A DNA stretch of 20,000 nucleotides from Emiliania huxleyi CCMP1516. Taxonomy: Eukaryota. Positions 17,286 through 20,000 of the stretch are shown one piece after another. The notes under the pieces are model-generated. The model did no database searches. It had not been told where the DNA came from and worked only from the letters and a program-made list of their open reading frames with translations. Position numbers and translations under genes: made by a program. Position 1 is the first letter of the stretch; the number at the start of each line of letters is the position of its first letter. Location: the NCBI RefSeq assembly GCF_000372725.1, contig NW_005202113.1:433125-453124 (forward strand), given 5' to 3'.

Positions 17286-20000
17286 ATGCTCACACGTCGG
17301 GCCCTGCTGCGGCGCTCCTTACAAGTACAGCGCGCACTGCTTCGGTCGGCGCGGATTCCTCCTGCCAGCCTGAGGCGCGGCGTCGTCCTGCTACCGCGCC
17401 GGCCGCCGCTGCTGCTTCACTCGCGTGCGCTCGCTTCCAAGTCGAAGTCTGAGAAGGCACCTCCACCGGCGCGGTGGTCGCCGCAGTGGGTGTGGGACCA
17501 CGCAAAGGAGATGGCGTCGCACTACTGGCACGGGAGCAAGCTGCTCGCCGCCGACACGCGGATCGCCTCGCAGCTGCTGGTGAAGATGATGCGCGGTCGC
17601 GTCCTCTCGCGGCGCGAGCACAGCCTGCTGGTGCGGGTGCTGGGCGATCTGCTGCGCGTCATCCCGCTCGCCTTCTTCCTCCTCGTGCCGATGATGGAGT
17701 TTGCGCTGCCGTTTGCGATCCGGCTCTTCCCAAACCTGCTGCCGTCCACGTTCGAGGAGAAGCACCAGATCGAAGAGAAGCGGATCAAGCTCCTCAAGGT
17801 GCGCGCGAGGGCGGCGCCGGCGGCACCTTGAGGGCGGCGGGGCGGCCGGCGGTGGCAGCTCCCACGGCGTCCCGATCCACCGACGTCCTCGGCTCACGGC
17901 GCCGGCGCTCGCCTCTGCGCAGGTGCGTCTTGAGGTGGCCAAGGTGCTGGAGCACACTCTGGAGGAGCGTGCGAAGGAGCTGAACAGGGCGACCAAGGCG
18001 AAGGCGGAGGCGGGCGGCGGCGACGCGGAGGAGCCGTACCCGCGCGACCTGTTTAGCAAGTTCATGCGACGGATGAGGGAGGGTGCGCGCAGCCGAGAGA
18101 CAGCCGGGATGTGCGCGAGGTACGGCGAGAGATAGGGAGAGGAGAGGAGGGCAGGGGGCGCGTCAGGCCGGCAGTGCTGGCGCAGGCCATCGCCGTGGGG
18201 AGGCGGGGGTCCTAGGCAGGCTCCTCGAGACTTCACGCGGGGTCTGGGGGGAGTGCAGTCCAGAGCAGCGGGAGATGTGGGGAGATGTGGGGAGATGTGG
18301 GGAGATGTGGGGAGTGCAGTCCAGAGCAGCGGCGATGCGAGTGGCCCTTGTGGTTGCGACTCGCAGACTCTCGTCACCTGCTGGGGAGATCTGCGGAGAT
18401 AGCGGAGATCTGGGAAGATCTGGGGAGAGATGCTTTTCTCTTCTCGCACCTGCTGCTGGCGCAGGCGAGCGTCTGTCGCGGGAGGAGACGCTGCAGGTCA
18501 TGTCGCACTTCAAGCATGTCGACTCACCAGACGCGCTCAACAGGCGAGACACGCCGCCCCGCCCCATCTCTCCCCACATCTCCCCGCATCTCCCCGCATC
18601 TCCCCCAATCTCCCCGACAGGCAGCAGCTCACCCTGCTCTGCAACTTCCTCGGCATGCCTTCCTTCGGCCCCGACCCGGTCCTCCGCTTCCAGCTCCGCA
18701 CCAAGCTGCGCCAGCTCCGCAACGACGACAAGGAGAGCATGTGGGAGGGCGTCGGCCACATCTTCCCACATCTCGCCACATCTCGCCACATCTCGCCACA
18801 TCTCGCCACATCTCGCCACATCTCGCCACATCTCGCCACATCTCGCCACATCTCGCCACATCTCGCCACATCTCGCCACATCTCCCTCCGCAGGAGATCA
18901 TGTGGGAGGGCGTCGGCTCGCTCACCCGAGACGAGCTCCTCGCGGCCATGCGCGCGAGAGGGCTGCCGAGCGCGGGGCTCGGCCAGGCGCAGATGGCGGC
19001 TGCGCTGCAGGAGTGGCTGCAGCTGTCGCAGAACCGCGAGATCCCGTCCGTGTTGCTGCTGCTCTCCAACGCGCTCCGCTTCGCGCGCGTGCGCGGCCGT
19101 AGAAGCGGAGCGCGTACTCTAGCGGAGTGCGTCCTCTTGCCGTCCACCCAGCGCTCGAGAGGACGCGCACACCGGCGCCGCACACGTGTGCGCCTCCCGC
19201 CTACTCGCGCGGTGCGTGAGAGAGGACACTGCACCCTCCTCCCCTGAGGCTGTTGGCGTGAGCACCACGCAGGTGCGCGACTACCAGCAAGAGGCCCAGG
19301 CGGAGAGGGAGGCGGCGGCGGCGTCGAAGGTGCTCGACGACGAGGCCGCGCAGGTCACATCTCTCCCCATCTCTCCCCATCTCTCCCCATCTCTCCCCAT
19401 CTCTCTCCCCACCTCTCCCGCCACCAGGTCGCGCTCTCGTCGATGCGCGAGGAGGTGATCGACTCGGCGGGCAGCGGTGCGGCCAAGGGGGCGGCGACCA
19501 CCACCAAGGAGGCGCTGGCGTCGCTCGAGCGCGAGGCGGAGCTGGTCGAGGAGGAGAGATGGGGAGAGATGGGGAGGGATGGGGAGGTGTGAGGAGGTCT
19601 AGGCGGAGCTGGTCGAGGAGGAGAGGCAGCTCAAGCGCGCAGGCGTCGACAAGGTCCCGTCGAGCGTGCGGCCGGCGGAGGCTGTGACGTGGAGCGGGGG
19701 CGGGAGCGGCGACAAGGCGGCGGCGGAGAAGGCGTCGCCCGCGGCTGCCGACGGCGCGGCGACGGCGGAGGAGGTGGAGGAGGAGGAGGCGACGCGGCTG
19801 TCGCGGGAGCAGGTGCGCGACATCGCGGCGGCGGTGGAGACGCTGTCCGCGACGAGCGCGCTGGAGGGCGAGACGACGGAGTGGCAGGAGCGAAGTCACA
19901 CTACTCAGCACTACTCAGCACGCCATTGCTAATCAGGCGAGAAGAAGGAGTGGCAGAAGCTCGAGGCGGAGAGGCTGGAGAGCGCGACCGAGATCGAGGA
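17286..20000 (+). CDS. LETM1: LETM1/MDM38 mitochondrial inner-membrane protein, at least 9 exons, truncated by the window end
   Basis: Arg/Leu-rich presequence MLTRRALLRRSL. Core HYWHGSKLLAADTRIAS...LSRREHSLLVRVLGDLLRVIPLAFFLLVPMMEFALPFAIRLFPNLLPSTF; LRFQLRTKLRQLRNDDK|EIMWEGVGSLTRDELLAAMRARG; LQEWLQLSQNREIPSVLLLLS. Exons about 17286-17798, 17923-18082, 18465-18543, 18621-18732, 18894-19088, 19273-19353, 19428-19535, 19603-19867, 19937->20000. Confidence 0.95.
18771..18880. repeat. Intronic 10-bp tandem repeat (TCTCGCCACA)x11
   Basis: Eleven perfect copies inside LETM1 intron 18733-18893. Confidence 0.95.

Noticed and set aside
18083..19247. ORFs with HISPHLATSR or CGEMWRDVAR repeats
   Set aside because: Translations of intronic 10-bp tandem repeats in LETM1.

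Overview
GC-rich, intron-containing eukaryotic genomic DNA, most likely a haptophyte such as Emiliania/Gephyrocapsa huxleyi. This is inferred from the dominance of GC-AG introns and 10-11 bp tandem repeats inside introns. Six protein-coding genes can be rebuilt by hand: (1) a stand-alone Sec63/Brl-domain-like gene (-); (2) a signal peptide + TPR + JmjC hydroxylase ending in KEEL (-); (3) serine hydroxymethyltransferase (+), divergent from gene 2; (4) an AAA_33-type P-loop kinase (-); (5) an H-NOX haem sensor fused to a TIR/HET-like domain (+); (6) LETM1/MDM38 (+), running off the end. Two non-autonomous hAT-like DNA transposons with perfect TIRs and 8-bp target-site duplications are present. 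The larger one carries a frameshifted Cys-cluster/chromodomain-like ORF. The standout candidate system is the H-NOX-TIR/HET fusion, a putative NO-gated NADase or cell-death effector. Second is a pervasive pattern in which introns contain a copy of the flanking exon sequence. All calls come from manual motif reading; no database searches were run.
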